DNA of 64,000 bases, taken from the NCBI GenBank assembly GCA_026986575.1, contig JALSOH010000009.1, forward strand, positions 203,444-267,443, written 5' to 3'. Below the pieces are notes generated by a model, which saw only the letters and a list, made by a program, of their open reading frames with translations, had not been told where the DNA came from and ran no database searches. The position numbers were made by a program, and so were the translations under genes. The DNA is from Thermoproteota archaeon (GTDB taxonomy: Archaea; Korarchaeota; Korarchaeia; Korarchaeales; Korarchaeaceae). Positions 18,155-28,030 of the stretch are shown in pieces. Each line of letters opens with the position of its first letter. The stretch's first letter is position 1.

Positions 18155-18847
18155 TCATTCAGTGGCCCTGCCGAGGAACGTCATTCCTGCCATCTTCCTC
18201 CTGTAGTCCTCCCTAGTGTATTCTCTGATGACCCCCCATCGCTTTGCGTCCTCTTCCTTGTCGAAAACTTCGAGTTCGAATAGATCGTAGGTCTTGCAGT
18301 TCTTCAGCTCCTCCTCCGACAGTTCCCCGCCCTCGAGTATTATCTTCTGGAGCCTGTTACCCACTACCCCATTGATCTCTCCCTCAATCCTTATGGCCTC
18401 GCCCTTTGCCTTCTTCAGGTCACCTTCCACCACGATCATGCAGTCTATGTCCCTTCCCATGTAGTAGCGGAACTCGTGGAGTCCCTCACCGCCCATCCTG
18501 TCGGCTATGATGAACTTCCTTACCTTCACCTCCCTCAGCTCGAAGAGGCGCCAGATGATGAACCAGCACCTTTCCTCCAAGTACTTCTTGAAGAACTTGT
18601 AGAACTCCAAGTAAACGAGGTCCAGCTTCTCTAAATCCTCGAACTCGAAGCCAGTGGTGAAGAGATACATGCACCTCAGGAACGTGCGTGGGACATCTGA
18701 TCTACTCAATTTCATTCCGTTATGGCTCAGTCGGGAGAGGGCGTAGTCAACAGCCTCTTCAACCATCCTCTCCAGCTTGTAAAGATAGTAATACTCTTCG
18801 CTCTCCTCTCCGATCTTGGTACCCTCTCCCGACATCACACGGCTCAC
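18155..18847 (-). CDS. Hypothetical protein with possible pol-beta nucleotidyltransferase-like motif
   Basis: Clean ORF; GRDIDCMIVV and FELEV resemble the D-x-D plus third acidic residue of NTases. Confidence 0.5.
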   Translation of the reverse strand: MSRVMSGEGTKIGEESEEYYYLYKLERMVEEAVDYALSRLSHNGMKLSRSDVPRTFLRCMYLFTTGFEFEDLEKLDLVYLEFYKFFKKYLEERCWFIIWRLFELREVKVRKFIIADRMGGEGLHEFRYYMGRDIDCMIVVEGDLKKAKGEAIRIEGEINGVVGNRLQKIILEGGELSEEELKNCKTYDLFELEVFDKEEDAKRWGVIREYTREDYRRKMAGMTFLGRATE

Positions 18848-18951
18848 TACACCCTACCAGTAAAGAACATTTCGCTGTGGTAAGTTAACAAGGACCTTGA
18901 GGAACCGCTCGTTCGAGGAACACTTATATAAGCTCGAAGGAGGAAGATTCG

Positions 18952-19635
18952 ATGTCTCTCTCGGCCGAGGAGAAGAAAAAGTTCTTGAAAGCATTGGAGG
19001 AGGATGAAGAGTTCAAATTCGCAGTAGCTGGCCTGATCGGTTACAGGGAAATTCTTGAGCGCATAGTCGAGCTGGAGAGCGGCCAGAAGGAGCTGAAGGA
19101 GAGCGTGGAGGGGTTAAAGGAGGGCGTTGAGGGACTGAAGAAGGGGCAGGAGGAGCTGGAGAGCGGCCAGAAGGAGCTGAAGGAGAGCGTGGAGGGGTTA
19201 AAGGAGGGCGTTGAGGGACTGAAGAAGGGGCAGGAGGAGCTCAGGAGGACAGTCAACGTCATAGCCCACAGGTTCGGGGTTATATCAGAGATGTCATTCA
19301 GGGAGGGGTTGAGGCATGTCTTGGAGGAGGAGTTCGGCGTCGCTGATGTGGGCAGGTTCGTGATGGAGGACGATGAAGGTCAGGTCTACGGCCATCCGAG
19401 TGAGGTGGAGGTCGATGTACTGGTCAAGGACGGCAAGCACATCCTCATAGAGGTGAAGTCGAGGGTCTCGAAGGGAGACGTGGCCGAGCTCCACAGAGTC
19501 GGGAAACTTTACGAAAGGAAAATTGGAATTAAACCTTCTCTGGTGATAATAGGTGGTTTAATTGATGAAGGGGCCAAGGAACTGGCGGACAGACTAGGCG
19601 TGAGGATAATACCCGCTGTCGATTCATCTAGATGA
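18952..19635 (+). CDS. Coiled-coil plus PD-(D/E)XK nuclease-like protein (DUF3782-type archaeal family)
   Basis: KKFLKALEEDEEFKFAVAGLIG N-terminus; D.EGQVYGHPSEVEVDVLVKDGKHILIEVKS. Confidence 0.8.
   Translation: MSLSAEEKKKFLKALEEDEEFKFAVAGLIGYREILERIVELESGQKELKESVEGLKEGVEGLKKGQEELESGQKELKESVEGLKEGVEGLKKGQEELRRTVNVIAHRFGVISEMSFREGLRHVLEEEFGVADVGRFVMEDDEGQVYGHPSEVEVDVLVKDGKHILIEVKSRVSKGDVAELHRVGKLYERKIGIKPSLVIIGGLIDEGAKELADRLGVRIIPAVDSSR
19069..19241 (+). repeat. Perfect in-frame 84-bp tandem duplication (28 aa, four heptads)
   Basis: The unit gagctggagagcggccag...aaggggcaggag starts at 19069 and again at 19153. Confidence 0.95.
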
Positions 19636-19734
19636 CGACACACTTGGGTAATCTCACCACCTTCTAAACCCCCTGATAGTCCCTTGGAGGGGGAACTCCA
19701 TCCCTCTCGACCTGGATTCGCCCAGAAAGAGCTC

Positions 19735-20112
19735 CTAACCCGATAAGCTCAGGAGGCGAAGATCATCCCTCAATACCACCGCCTCCCTCAGTATCCTCTT
19801 CCACCAAGCTTTCTTGAATTGAGAGAGGGCTTCTTGGGGTGTGAGGCACCTTATCTCGAATCTCGGAGGAAGGAGATCCACTATTAGGTCCACCCTCTCG
19901 AGGAACGGTACTCCCCCAAAGGCATCTGATATAACGATCAGGTCCACATCGCTCCATAGGTTGAAGTCGCCCCTAGCGTAGCTGCCGTATAGCAGGATCG
20001 TAACCTCTCCAAGCCTCTCTTTCAGTTTATTAGATAACCTCACAGCCTCTTCAATAACCGCCCTTCTCTCATCCCTCCTCCTCTCCAGCAATTTCCTCAA
20101 TCCTCGATGCAC
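19735..20112 (-). CDS. Minimal nucleotidyltransferase (MNT) of a HEPN-MNT pair
   Basis: LYGSYARGDFNLWSDVDLIV motif. Confidence 0.9.
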   Translation of the reverse strand: MHRGLRKLLERRRDERRAVIEEAVRLSNKLKERLGEVTILLYGSYARGDFNLWSDVDLIVISDAFGGVPFLERVDLIVDLLPPRFEIRCLTPQEALSQFKKAWWKRILREAVVLRDDLRLLSLSG

Positions 20113-20491
20113 ACCTCTTCACCCCCTCCAGAACTTTCCTCGCCATGTCACGGGCAGCTTCGGCATCCTCCAAGCTGAAGAACTCGTAGGGAGATCCTCC
20201 GGGGAAGGCGTCAGGATATCTGGCCGGTATGTAGAACTTGCTCAGGTGAAGGACTTCCCCCTCGAGGTCGGAACCGCATATCTCCTTGAACTCCTCATGT
20301 AGCTTCTTGAGATCGTGGCTGAAGGCCTCCCTTCCAGCTCCCCTCAGGAGAGCCTTGAATGCTAGTTCAGCGGCCTGTTGAGCCTTGAAGCACGCCCAGT
20401 CGAAGCTGCCGTTCCTGATATCCGCTTCAATTGACCTGAGCGTATGTTCCGCCTGAGCGATCCACCTCCTGTACTCCTCCCAGTCAAACAT
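20069..20491 (-). CDS. HEPN domain protein
   Basis: WACFKAQQAAELAFKA, HDL, YIPARYPD. Confidence 0.9.
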   Translation of the reverse strand: MFDWEEYRRWIAQAEHTLRSIEADIRNGSFDWACFKAQQAAELAFKALLRGAGREAFSHDLKKLHEEFKEICGSDLEGEVLHLSKFYIPARYPDAFPGGSPYEFFSLEDAEAARDMARKVLEGVKRCASRIEEIAGEEEG

Positions 20492-20549
20492 CCGGTGAAA
20501 TGGGACTTTCTCTCCAATTAAAAATTCCTGATCGTGTTAACTAGCCTCT

Positions 20550-21128
20550 CTAGCAACCCGGCCTGACCAGCTTTCTCGTCACGGTTATGTGGTTGAAAGG
20601 CCTACCGTGCACCTCTTCGAAGACGAAGGATCCCATCTCAAGGCGAGGGGTAGTGTATTCCGGTCCCTCGGGTTTGCCCACAGTAATTATAGCGACTGGA
20701 ACCCTGTCTCTAGGAGCTCCGACAATCCTCAATACCTCTTGATCGCGAAATGCTCCCACCCAACAGGTCCCGTAGCCCAAAGCGTGGGCTGCGAGCATAG
20801 CGAATGTGGCAGCTATGGCGGCGTCCTGCAGCGAGTAGAGCCTCGCCCCTCTCCTCCCATAAATGGCCGCGGACCTCTCAGGGTATGCTAAGAAGACTAG
20901 GTGCACTGGTGCTTGGGCCATGAACATCTGATTTAGGGATGCCTTGGCCAGCTCAACCCTCCTCTTCCTATCCCTTACCACGACTATCTCATAGGCCTGA
21001 AGATTACCAGCTGAAGGAGCGGAGCATGCAGCCTCTAGTATCAGGTTCAAGTCATCTTCACTCACTTCCTCACTGGAATACCTTCTAACGGACCTACGCC
21101 TCGCCATTACGTCGAAGATGTCCGGCAT
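20550..21128 (-). CDS. Nitroreductase family protein
   Basis: RRSVRRY, APSAGNLQ, LAAHALGYGTCWVGAF. Confidence 0.9.
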   Translation of the reverse strand: MPDIFDVMARRRSVRRYSSEEVSEDDLNLILEAACSAPSAGNLQAYEIVVVRDRKRRVELAKASLNQMFMAQAPVHLVFLAYPERSAAIYGRRGARLYSLQDAAIAATFAMLAAHALGYGTCWVGAFRDQEVLRIVGAPRDRVPVAIITVGKPEGPEYTTPRLEMGSFVFEEVHGRPFNHITVTRKLVRPGC

Positions 21129-21397
21129 CTCCCCTTCATAACTGACCGAGAATAAATATGTTCAGTTGCGATGACATAATGACTCATTGATGTAGAATTT
21201 CCGGTCGGTGATACGCGTAAATTCAGTTATTTCTCACACAAGAACAATTAAGAGGTTCTATCGCGTCACCACGGCATCTTTTCACGATTTCCGTCCTCGT
21301 ACTAATTTGCAATAATTTTGATTTGTCAAGGGATCTGAGATAAATGCGGAAGCTTAATATTAGAACGGTTCGTCCAAAAACAAAAGGAGGTGTTCTT

Positions 21398-22339
21398 ATG
21401 GATTCTAAGGGAGTTTTAGCCATAGGTCTGATTGTGGCCTTCATAATAGGTGCCGCGGTGGGCTACATTGCGAAGCCGAGCGCCCCAGCTGAGGTCAAGA
21501 CTGTCACAGTTACGAACACCATCACTCAGGGCGCTCCTGGGGCCAAGACCGTTACCCAGACCGTTACGAAGACGGTAACGCAGGCTGGAGCTGCGCCAGG
21601 AGGAGTGCTAGCAGAGATAAAGAAGAAGGGCAAGATAGTTGTGGCCACCTCACCTGACTGGCCACCGTTCGAGTTCATTGACCCCAAGACTAACAAGATA
21701 GTGGGTTACGAGGTCGACATAATGGAGGAAGTGGCGAAGAAGCTGGGGGTCAAGGTTGAGTGGAAACCCATGGACTTCGATGCCATAATCCAGGCGGTCA
21801 AGAACAAGGAGGTCGACATGGGAGTCAGCGGCTTCTCGGTCACTCCCGAGAGGTTGAAGGAGGTCCTGTTCACCATGCCCATTCACATAACCAAGGTCCA
21901 GCTCATAATGCTAGAGCCCAAGGCCAAGGAGCTAGGCATAACCACCCTTGGTTCGTTGGAGGAGGCGTTCAAGTACAACTTGGTAATAGGAACCGGTAGC
22001 GGAACCACCGAGGAGGACGAGCTGCTCCAGCTGGTGAAGCAGGGCAAGCTGAAGTCCTCGCAGGTGAAGTCCTACCCGGACTTCGAGGTGGCCCTCGAGG
22101 ACATGAAGAAGGGAACCATAGATGCCGTTTACGCGGAGACCCCGATCACCACCTACTGGAACTCCACCTCCGAGGTGCCGCTGAAGGTGGTGTACAGCAG
22201 GAGTTACTGGCCCGTGGCCTTCGTCCTACACAAGGATGCCATTGACCTGATGAAGGAGATCGACGGCATCCTAGCTGAGATGTACGCCAACGCGAAGATC
22301 GACGAGATAGCCGACAAGTGGGGAGTGCCCAAGGGCTGA
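21398..22339 (+). CDS. Polar amino-acid ABC transporter substrate-binding protein
   Basis: GGAGGTG RBS before ATG 21398; TM segment plus Thr-rich linker; VATSPDWPPFEF, GYEVDI. Confidence 0.9.
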   Translation: MDSKGVLAIGLIVAFIIGAAVGYIAKPSAPAEVKTVTVTNTITQGAPGAKTVTQTVTKTVTQAGAAPGGVLAEIKKKGKIVVATSPDWPPFEFIDPKTNKIVGYEVDIMEEVAKKLGVKVEWKPMDFDAIIQAVKNKEVDMGVSGFSVTPERLKEVLFTMPIHITKVQLIMLEPKAKELGITTLGSLEEAFKYNLVIGTGSGTTEEDELLQLVKQGKLKSSQVKSYPDFEVALEDMKKGTIDAVYAETPITTYWNSTSEVPLKVVYSRSYWPVAFVLHKDAIDLMKEIDGILAEMYANAKIDEIADKWGVPKG

Positions 22340-22371
22340 GAGAGGCAAGGTAAGTTGAGGGAGGTCAGGCT

Positions 22372-23025
22372 TTGTTCACCCTCGAGAACTTCCTTTTTTT
22401 ACTCCAAGGAGTACCCAATACTCTGGCAATTTCTTTCCTCTCGTTCGCTCTAGGTTTCGCCCTCGGCATACCTACAGCCATAGTCAAGCAGTTTTCCCCA
22501 TACGGTCTGGGGCATGTGGCCGATGCCTACATTAGCGTCATGAGGGGGATCCCCGTTCTAGTGATAATGCTCCTCTTCCACTTCGGTATGGCAGGGATAA
22601 TCCCCGTTTTCAAGAGCGCTTTCCTATCCGCCACATTCGCCCTAGGATTAAGGAGCGGCGCCTTTCAGTCCCAGATATTCAGGGGTGCGATAAATTCCGT
22701 GGGTAGGCAGCAGATGATGGCTGCCACCTCACTGGGAATGAACAGATGGCAGGCATTCAGGTACGTGATCCTTCCGCAAGCCTTCATAGTGGCCCTTCCC
22801 GGGCTGGGCAGTGAGATAGCTTTGCTGATAAAGGACTCATCCTACGCATTCGTATTGGGTGTCTTGGAACTGACCAAGTATTCGGATATAGTGAGGAAGG
22901 CGACCAGATCCTTCCTTTACCCCTACCTGATAGCGGCCATCCTGTACATCCTGATCACCTTCCCGGTGGCCAATTACCTCGACAGGCTCGGGTCGAGGCT
23001 GAAGACAAAGTACGGTTTGAGGTGA
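22372..23025 (+). CDS. Polar amino-acid ABC transporter permease
   Basis: RGIPVLV; EAA-like QMMAATSLGM...VILPQA; IKDSS. Confidence 0.9.
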   Translation: MFTLENFLFLLQGVPNTLAISFLSFALGFALGIPTAIVKQFSPYGLGHVADAYISVMRGIPVLVIMLLFHFGMAGIIPVFKSAFLSATFALGLRSGAFQSQIFRGAINSVGRQQMMAATSLGMNRWQAFRYVILPQAFIVALPGLGSEIALLIKDSSYAFVLGVLELTKYSDIVRKATRSFLYPYLIAAILYILITFPVANYLDRLGSRLKTKYGLR

Positions 23026-23029
23026 TTCG

Positions 23030-23773
23030 ATGGGCGAGGTAGTTCTCGCGTGTGAGGGGTTGAAGAAGAGGTATGGGGACCTGTGGGTCCTCAAGGGTAT
23101 TGACTTCGAGATAGAGAAGGGGCAGACCAAGGTGATAATCGGGCCCAGCGGGTCCGGTAAGTCCACCTTCCTAAGGCTGATGGGCTTACTAGAGCCACCG
23201 ACCGAGGGTAAGATATACTTCGAGGGGAAGGATGTGTACGGCTCCGGACTGGACCTGAACATGATCAGAGCGAAGATAGGCTTCGTTTTCCAAGAACCGA
23301 GCCTCTTCAGGCACCTCACAGCGTTGGGGAATGTGAAGCTCGGCCCCAAGGTCGTTCTCAAGATGAAGGATGACGAGGCAGAGAGGAAGGCCTTAGAGGC
23401 CCTTAAAACGGTCAGATTGGAGGAGTGGTCCCATCATTACCCGGCCCAGCTCTCCGGCGGACAGCAGCAGCGGGTGGGTATAGCTAGGGCCTTGGCGATG
23501 GATCCGGACATAATACTGTTCGACGAGCCCACCGCCTCTCTGGACATAGAGCTCACTTGGGAGGTCATCGATGTAATGAAGGATCTAGCCAGAAGGGGCG
23601 TCACCATGCTAGTGGTCACTCACGAGCTCGGGTTCGCGAAGGAGGTGGCCGATGAGATCTTATTCATGGATGACGGGCGCATAATAGAGTCAGGTCCTCC
23701 GGAGGAGCTCTTGAAGAATCCGAAAAGTCCGAGGGCAAGGGAGTTCCTAAGGAGGCTCATCGGGGGGGTCTGA
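23030..23773 (+). CDS. Polar amino-acid ABC transporter ATP-binding protein (GlnQ-like)
   Basis: GPSGSGKST, LSGGQQQR, LFDEPT, VTHE. Confidence 0.95.
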   Translation: MGEVVLACEGLKKRYGDLWVLKGIDFEIEKGQTKVIIGPSGSGKSTFLRLMGLLEPPTEGKIYFEGKDVYGSGLDLNMIRAKIGFVFQEPSLFRHLTALGNVKLGPKVVLKMKDDEAERKALEALKTVRLEEWSHHYPAQLSGGQQQRVGIARALAMDPDIILFDEPTASLDIELTWEVIDVMKDLARRGVTMLVVTHELGFAKEVADEILFMDDGRIIESGPPEELLKNPKSPRAREFLRRLIGGV

Positions 23774-24471
23774 AGACGGCGGCACCTCTGGATCCCGTAT
23801 CATTCATCATCAGCTTCGTCACCGAGTACTATCCTTTCATCATAGAGGGGTTCCTCACTACCGTGGAGATGACGTTCTTGGGCTTGGCTGGGGGCTTCGT
23901 GCTGGGAATCCTCTCCGCTCTGGGGGATGTCTACGGAACCAAGCTGATGAAGGTGATTATCGCCGGCTATGTGGAGTTCTTCAGGGGAAGCCCACTGATA
24001 GTCCAACTCCTGTTCTTCTACTTCTCCATACCGGCCCTGACAGGCCTTAACTGGGACGCGTTCACCGCGGGCGCCGTGACGCTCATGCTGAACAGCGGTG
24101 CCTACCAGAAGGGCTACTTCAAGGGGGCGATAGAGGCCGTCTTCAAGGACCAACTGATGGCCGCCAAGTCGCTGGGGATGACCTTCAGGCAGACGCTGAG
24201 GCATGTGGTCCTACCTCAGGCCCTCAGGATAGTCATACCACCGTGGACCAACGAGTACATATCCCTCGGTTTAAGCACCTCCGCCCTCATAGTCCTCGGT
24301 ATCAGGGAACTCACTAACATATCCAAGAGCATCGCTGCCCAGACCTTCAGGCCGTTGGAGGTCTACCTCTTCGCTTCCGCGATATACTTCATCTGGATAA
24401 CTGTGTCGATGAAGGTATTCGACTGGATATACGAGAGGGTGAGGATCCCGGGACTGGAGGTGAACATATAA
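23770..24471 (+). CDS. Polar amino-acid ABC transporter permease (probable CTG start at 23770 or 23788)
   Basis: FRGSPLIVQL, AAKSLGM, VVLPQA. The frame is open and permease-like (LDPVSFII..YYPFIIEGFLTT) upstream of the GTG at 23863. Confidence 0.85.
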   Translation: MKTAAPLDPVSFIISFVTEYYPFIIEGFLTTVEMTFLGLAGGFVLGILSALGDVYGTKLMKVIIAGYVEFFRGSPLIVQLLFFYFSIPALTGLNWDAFTAGAVTLMLNSGAYQKGYFKGAIEAVFKDQLMAAKSLGMTFRQTLRHVVLPQALRIVIPPWTNEYISLGLSTSALIVLGIRELTNISKSIAAQTFRPLEVYLFASAIYFIWITVSMKVFDWIYERVRIPGLEVNI

Positions 24472-24608
24472 AAACAACGCGAGCCAGGCTAAGGACATCC
24501 CTCTTAACCTAATTTTGTATCTCGTAATAAGTAAGACGTCCCTGAGCGATCGCAATCAGCAGGTAGGGTGACGGATAAGGGACAACGGATCTTCCATATA
24601 TGAGGGAG

Positions 24609-24633
24609 TTTACTTTATTAAGAATAAATTTAA
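24609..24633 (+). promoter_or_regulatory. Conserved upstream/TATA element of the surface-protein paralogs (copy 1)
   Basis: TTTACTTTATTAAGAATAAATTTAA, ~57 nt before ATGCGTTC; similar elements at 54866 and 56808. Confidence 0.55.
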
Positions 24634-24659
24634 GTTAATAAAGAGCTATACTTTCTCGG

Positions 24660-25946
24660 ATGGACATGCGTTCCACCACGATAATACTCATGTTGTTGCT
24701 AGTTGTCCCCTCCATCGCCGCCTTAGCAGTACATCCCGGTGACTCTGAAATGGCAACACTCACGTTAAATGAGGATCTGGAGGAGGTGACTCCCTCGGGA
24801 CCCACTTTCATTGTATACATTTATGAAGGAGGCAGCTGGAGGAATTATTACGAGGGGAGCAATCCGCCTGATGTGGAGGTCCCTCCTGGATCTTCCGTCC
24901 AACTGGCAGTCAAGATGAATGTAAGTAGGAGAGGGGAGTATCGTATCGGCAGCGGCGTGTATACAATTACCGATCTACCTGATGACGAAGCCAATGACAT
25001 AGTGAGGGTCTCGGCTCACGCTTTCATTTACAGGCCACTAGGAGTGCTAAGTGCCACCGCGACCGCCGGTATATTAAGGTGCTACCCTAACCTCAGGGTT
25101 AGGCTCTCGGTGAGCTACAGCAAGAGGTACGAGGGCGAGACTCGTGAGCATATCGGAGGGAGGACGATCACAGTGACCTGCAGGTCCTCAGGAATGCCCC
25201 CTTGGATCCATCCCCCCACGACTCCTCCACCGACCTCCCCACCCATCCCACCGTGGCTCACCTCCACAGGCACGGGGACAGCTACCTCAACTACCTCGTC
25301 ATCCACAAGTACTTCCTCGTCCTCCACAGCATCGACCTCGACTACCCAAGGATCGACCGAGACCCAAGGTTCCGGAACCGCATCCATGCCCGCATCAGGA
25401 TCCACGTCCACATCCGGGTCCAGTTCAGGCTCAGGCCTCTCACTCAACCCGACCTCCCAAGAGGTGGACGCAGGAGACGTAGCTTATTACGACTTCTGCA
25501 CTCCCCTGAGCAATCCCTCCTTTAGGGTGGAGGGGTTGCCCACTGGCTACAGGTACGTCATATCCAAGGAGGGGAGCTGTTACAGGCTGAAGATATTCAC
25601 CCATCCCCTCTCCTATGGGAGGTTAGATATGACCCTGGTCGTGAGGTCCGGGGGCAGCGAGGAGAGAGCTGATTTCTCCGTGCTGGTGAGGAAGGCTACC
25701 ACCAGCGCGACGGCTGGTGCTGGTGGTACATCCGGACCCACATCGCCCATACCCACCATGGAGATGGGCACCGGGACGGGCGGCAGCTTCTCGCCTTCGC
25801 AACTTACTCGATCATCTCCATCCCCCCAAGTGGTCACCGTCACAACCGTGGTGGAGGAACCGGGTGGAGATCTGCTCCTTCCCCTAGGAGGGATCGCTGG
25901 AGTGCTGACCCTGCTCGTGGTGCTCATGATCAAGAGGAGGAGATAA
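24660..25946 (+). CDS. Membrane-anchored surface protein, four-member paralog family (member A)
   Basis: Signal MRSTT..., variable N-domain, P/T/S linker, conserved LSLNP..YDFC..LP.GYRY..CY.LKI.THP.SYGR module, TM helix plus KRRR. Confidence 0.8.
   Translation: MDMRSTTIILMLLLVVPSIAALAVHPGDSEMATLTLNEDLEEVTPSGPTFIVYIYEGGSWRNYYEGSNPPDVEVPPGSSVQLAVKMNVSRRGEYRIGSGVYTITDLPDDEANDIVRVSAHAFIYRPLGVLSATATAGILRCYPNLRVRLSVSYSKRYEGETREHIGGRTITVTCRSSGMPPWIHPPTTPPPTSPPIPPWLTSTGTGTATSTTSSSTSTSSSSTASTSTTQGSTETQGSGTASMPASGSTSTSGSSSGSGLSLNPTSQEVDAGDVAYYDFCTPLSNPSFRVEGLPTGYRYVISKEGSCYRLKIFTHPLSYGRLDMTLVVRSGGSEERADFSVLVRKATTSATAGAGGTSGPTSPIPTMEMGTGTGGSFSPSQLTRSSPSPQVVTVTTVVEEPGGDLLLPLGGIAGVLTLLVVLMIKRRR
25491..25709 (+). 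repeat. 219-bp near-identical cassette shared with 57617..57835
   Basis: Manual alignment from gacttctgcactcccctgag to accagcgcg shows about 7 mismatches and no gaps. Confidence 0.9.
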
Positions 25947-25965
25947 CTCCTCCTTTTTTTGTTTG
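25947..25965 (+). terminator. Oligo-T archaeal terminator
   Basis: CT-rich tract with a long T run immediately after the stop codon. Confidence 0.45.
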
Positions 25966-26354
25966 GATCTATCATGCATCTCAGAGGGGAATCCGCCTAT
26001 CAGCCCTCCATCACCAGTTAGGGACTCTCTAGGATGGGTGAGATGCCAGAATCTGGATCGATTGCTGAATTATCGCAAATCAGGGTTCGCTCGCCTCCAT
26101 TCACTTGGACGGATAGGTCCGAACCCCCCATTACGATGAAATAGATCACCAAGCGCGGAAAGTAAGGCATCACCACTGGTCTCCTATAGGAGACTGTATA
26201 AAACGTGCTTCGGGACGATCCAAAGGTTAGGTAGCTGAAGAGAAAAGGTTATATTGGCTAAGTATGGAGATCCTTACAGGAAAGGCTCTCTCGGAGCCCT
26301 CACGTTCGTTTCTCGTCCTCAATATTGAAAATTCTTTTACAGGGGGGTGAGAGG

Positions 26355-26579
26355 TTGAAGACTAGGCTCGTCAGGGGTCTAGTGAGATTGCCTAGCGATG
26401 TGCTCGAAGCTCTGGGGTGGAGGGAGGGCATGGTCGTTAGGATAGAGGCTGACGGGGATAAGGTGGTGATAAGACCAGCCTTCCCCACCAGCTGCACGGG
26501 GTGGTCGGCTGACGCAAGCCCTCCACCCTCATCACTTCATCTAGTAAGAGTCACACATCAATTCCCTCAGCCGATGTAA
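26355..26579 (+). CDS. Solo AbrB/MazE-like protein (C-terminus possibly degenerate, no toxin downstream)
   Basis: GGGGTGA RBS then TTG; VRLPSDVLEALGWREGMVVRIEADGDKVVIRP. Confidence 0.6.
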   Translation: MKTRLVRGLVRLPSDVLEALGWREGMVVRIEADGDKVVIRPAFPTSCTGWSADASPPPSSLHLVRVTHQFPQPM

Positions 26580-26842
26580 ATAAAGTGTTCCCAATATACG
26601 AGTTAGGAGGATCTGTATTGAGGGAACAAAGCCATTCCATGCAAAGGGAAATCTCTAGCATAGGTCCACTCATTTGGATTAATAAATATATTTTCATATG
26701 TAATAATAATTATTGTTATATTACATTTAGATTATTTCTATCCCTAATAAAGCTAAACGCAGTTCTATCTAAATTAAATTTCCAAAAATGCTGTTATAAC
26801 ATAATCTATTTAAGCATTCCAAGGAAGCGGTCGAGGGAGATC

Positions 26843-28018
26843 ATGAGAAAGGTCCTAATTCTAGGTGGTGGTCCGGTAGGATCTATGGTCGCCAATAAAC
26901 TCTCCCGCGAGTTTAGAAGGGAGATAGCTAAGGGTGAGCTCGAGGTAACTCTTTTGGACAAAAGTTCAATGGGCATCAACAGGGCTGGCTTCACATTCAT
27001 TCCCTTTGGTTACTACGCCTCGGACGATCTGGTCAGGCCCATCAGATCCTACATAAGCCCCAGAGTAAAGACATATTTGGGCGAATATTTCAAAGTTACC
27101 GACGTGGACTTGGGAGAGAGAAGAGTGAAGACCAAAGGAGGCAAGGTCTTCGAGTATGACTACCTTTTAATAAGTACTGGTGCAAGTTTCGATCCTACTT
27201 CCGTGCCTGGAATGAGGAGACACTTCAATAGCTTCTACACGAGTCTAGAAGACTCCATATCGTTAGGAAGAAAGATAAGGGAGATGGATGGTGGTAACAT
27301 CGTCATCTTAACGCCTAAGATGCCGATAACGTGTCCTGGCGCTCCGAGCAAGTTTACCGTGATTCTCGATGATTACCTCAGGTCGTTTAAAGAGAGGGAA
27401 AAGTTCAAGATCACGTACCTGTGGCCAGTACCTAACATAGGTCCCCCAGCTTACAACGAGAACATAACAAGGAACTTGAAAGAAAGGGAAATAAAAGATG
27501 TGAGGGACTTCAAGCTTGTTGAGGTCGATGAGAAGAGAAAGCTGGTAGTGGGTGAGGATGGAGAGTACTCCTATGATCTCCTCATAACCATACCACCTCA
27601 CATGGGATCGTTGAAGGGACTAAGCATAGCTGATGAGGAAGGATGGGTTCCCAACGACAAATTCACTCTCCAATACAGGGGACCCGCTGGCAATTACGAC
27701 GAAGTTTACGTGGCTGGAGACGCTGGGTCCAAGAGCCTGCTTAAGACCGGAGTTACCTCTCACTTCCAAGCTCTTGTAGTGGGGGAAAACATAGCTAGGG
27801 ACCTTCAAGGCGTAGAGGATAAGGTCTACTACAGAGGACACATGGGATGTCCCTATGTGGAGGAGGCACCGAGTCCGAACAGTAGAGGCAAGGGGATGCT
27901 AGCGGTCTGGAAATACGGTGTGCCTCTTAATCCCTTTAGACCTGCTAGATCCGGGTGGAAGATTTACAGGATGTACTACTACCTTTTCTGGGATACTACT
28001 GCTAAGGCCCTGCTATGA
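26843..28018 (+). CDS. sqr: Sulfide:quinone oxidoreductase-like FAD-dependent oxidoreductase
   Basis: GAGGGAG RBS then ATG 26843; LILGGGPVG, YDYLLISTG, CPGAP, VYVAGD, Y.GH..C (both redox Cys present). Confidence 0.75.
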   Translation: MRKVLILGGGPVGSMVANKLSREFRREIAKGELEVTLLDKSSMGINRAGFTFIPFGYYASDDLVRPIRSYISPRVKTYLGEYFKVTDVDLGERRVKTKGGKVFEYDYLLISTGASFDPTSVPGMRRHFNSFYTSLEDSISLGRKIREMDGGNIVILTPKMPITCPGAPSKFTVILDDYLRSFKEREKFKITYLWPVPNIGPPAYNENITRNLKEREIKDVRDFKLVEVDEKRKLVVGEDGEYSYDLLITIPPHMGSLKGLSIADEEGWVPNDKFTLQYRGPAGNYDEVYVAGDAGSKSLLKTGVTSHFQALVVGENIARDLQGVEDKVYYRGHMGCPYVEEAPSPNSRGKGMLAVWKYGVPLNPFRPARSGWKIYRMYYYLFWDTTAKALL

Positions 28019-28030
28019 GGAGGTGATCCC

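Noticed and set aside
26585-26842. Long N-terminal extension of the SQR ORF in the track
   Set aside because: AT-rich promoter-like DNA; the RBS and FAD-binding motif place the start at 26843. The same applies to the extensions at 21344, 47498 and 49532.
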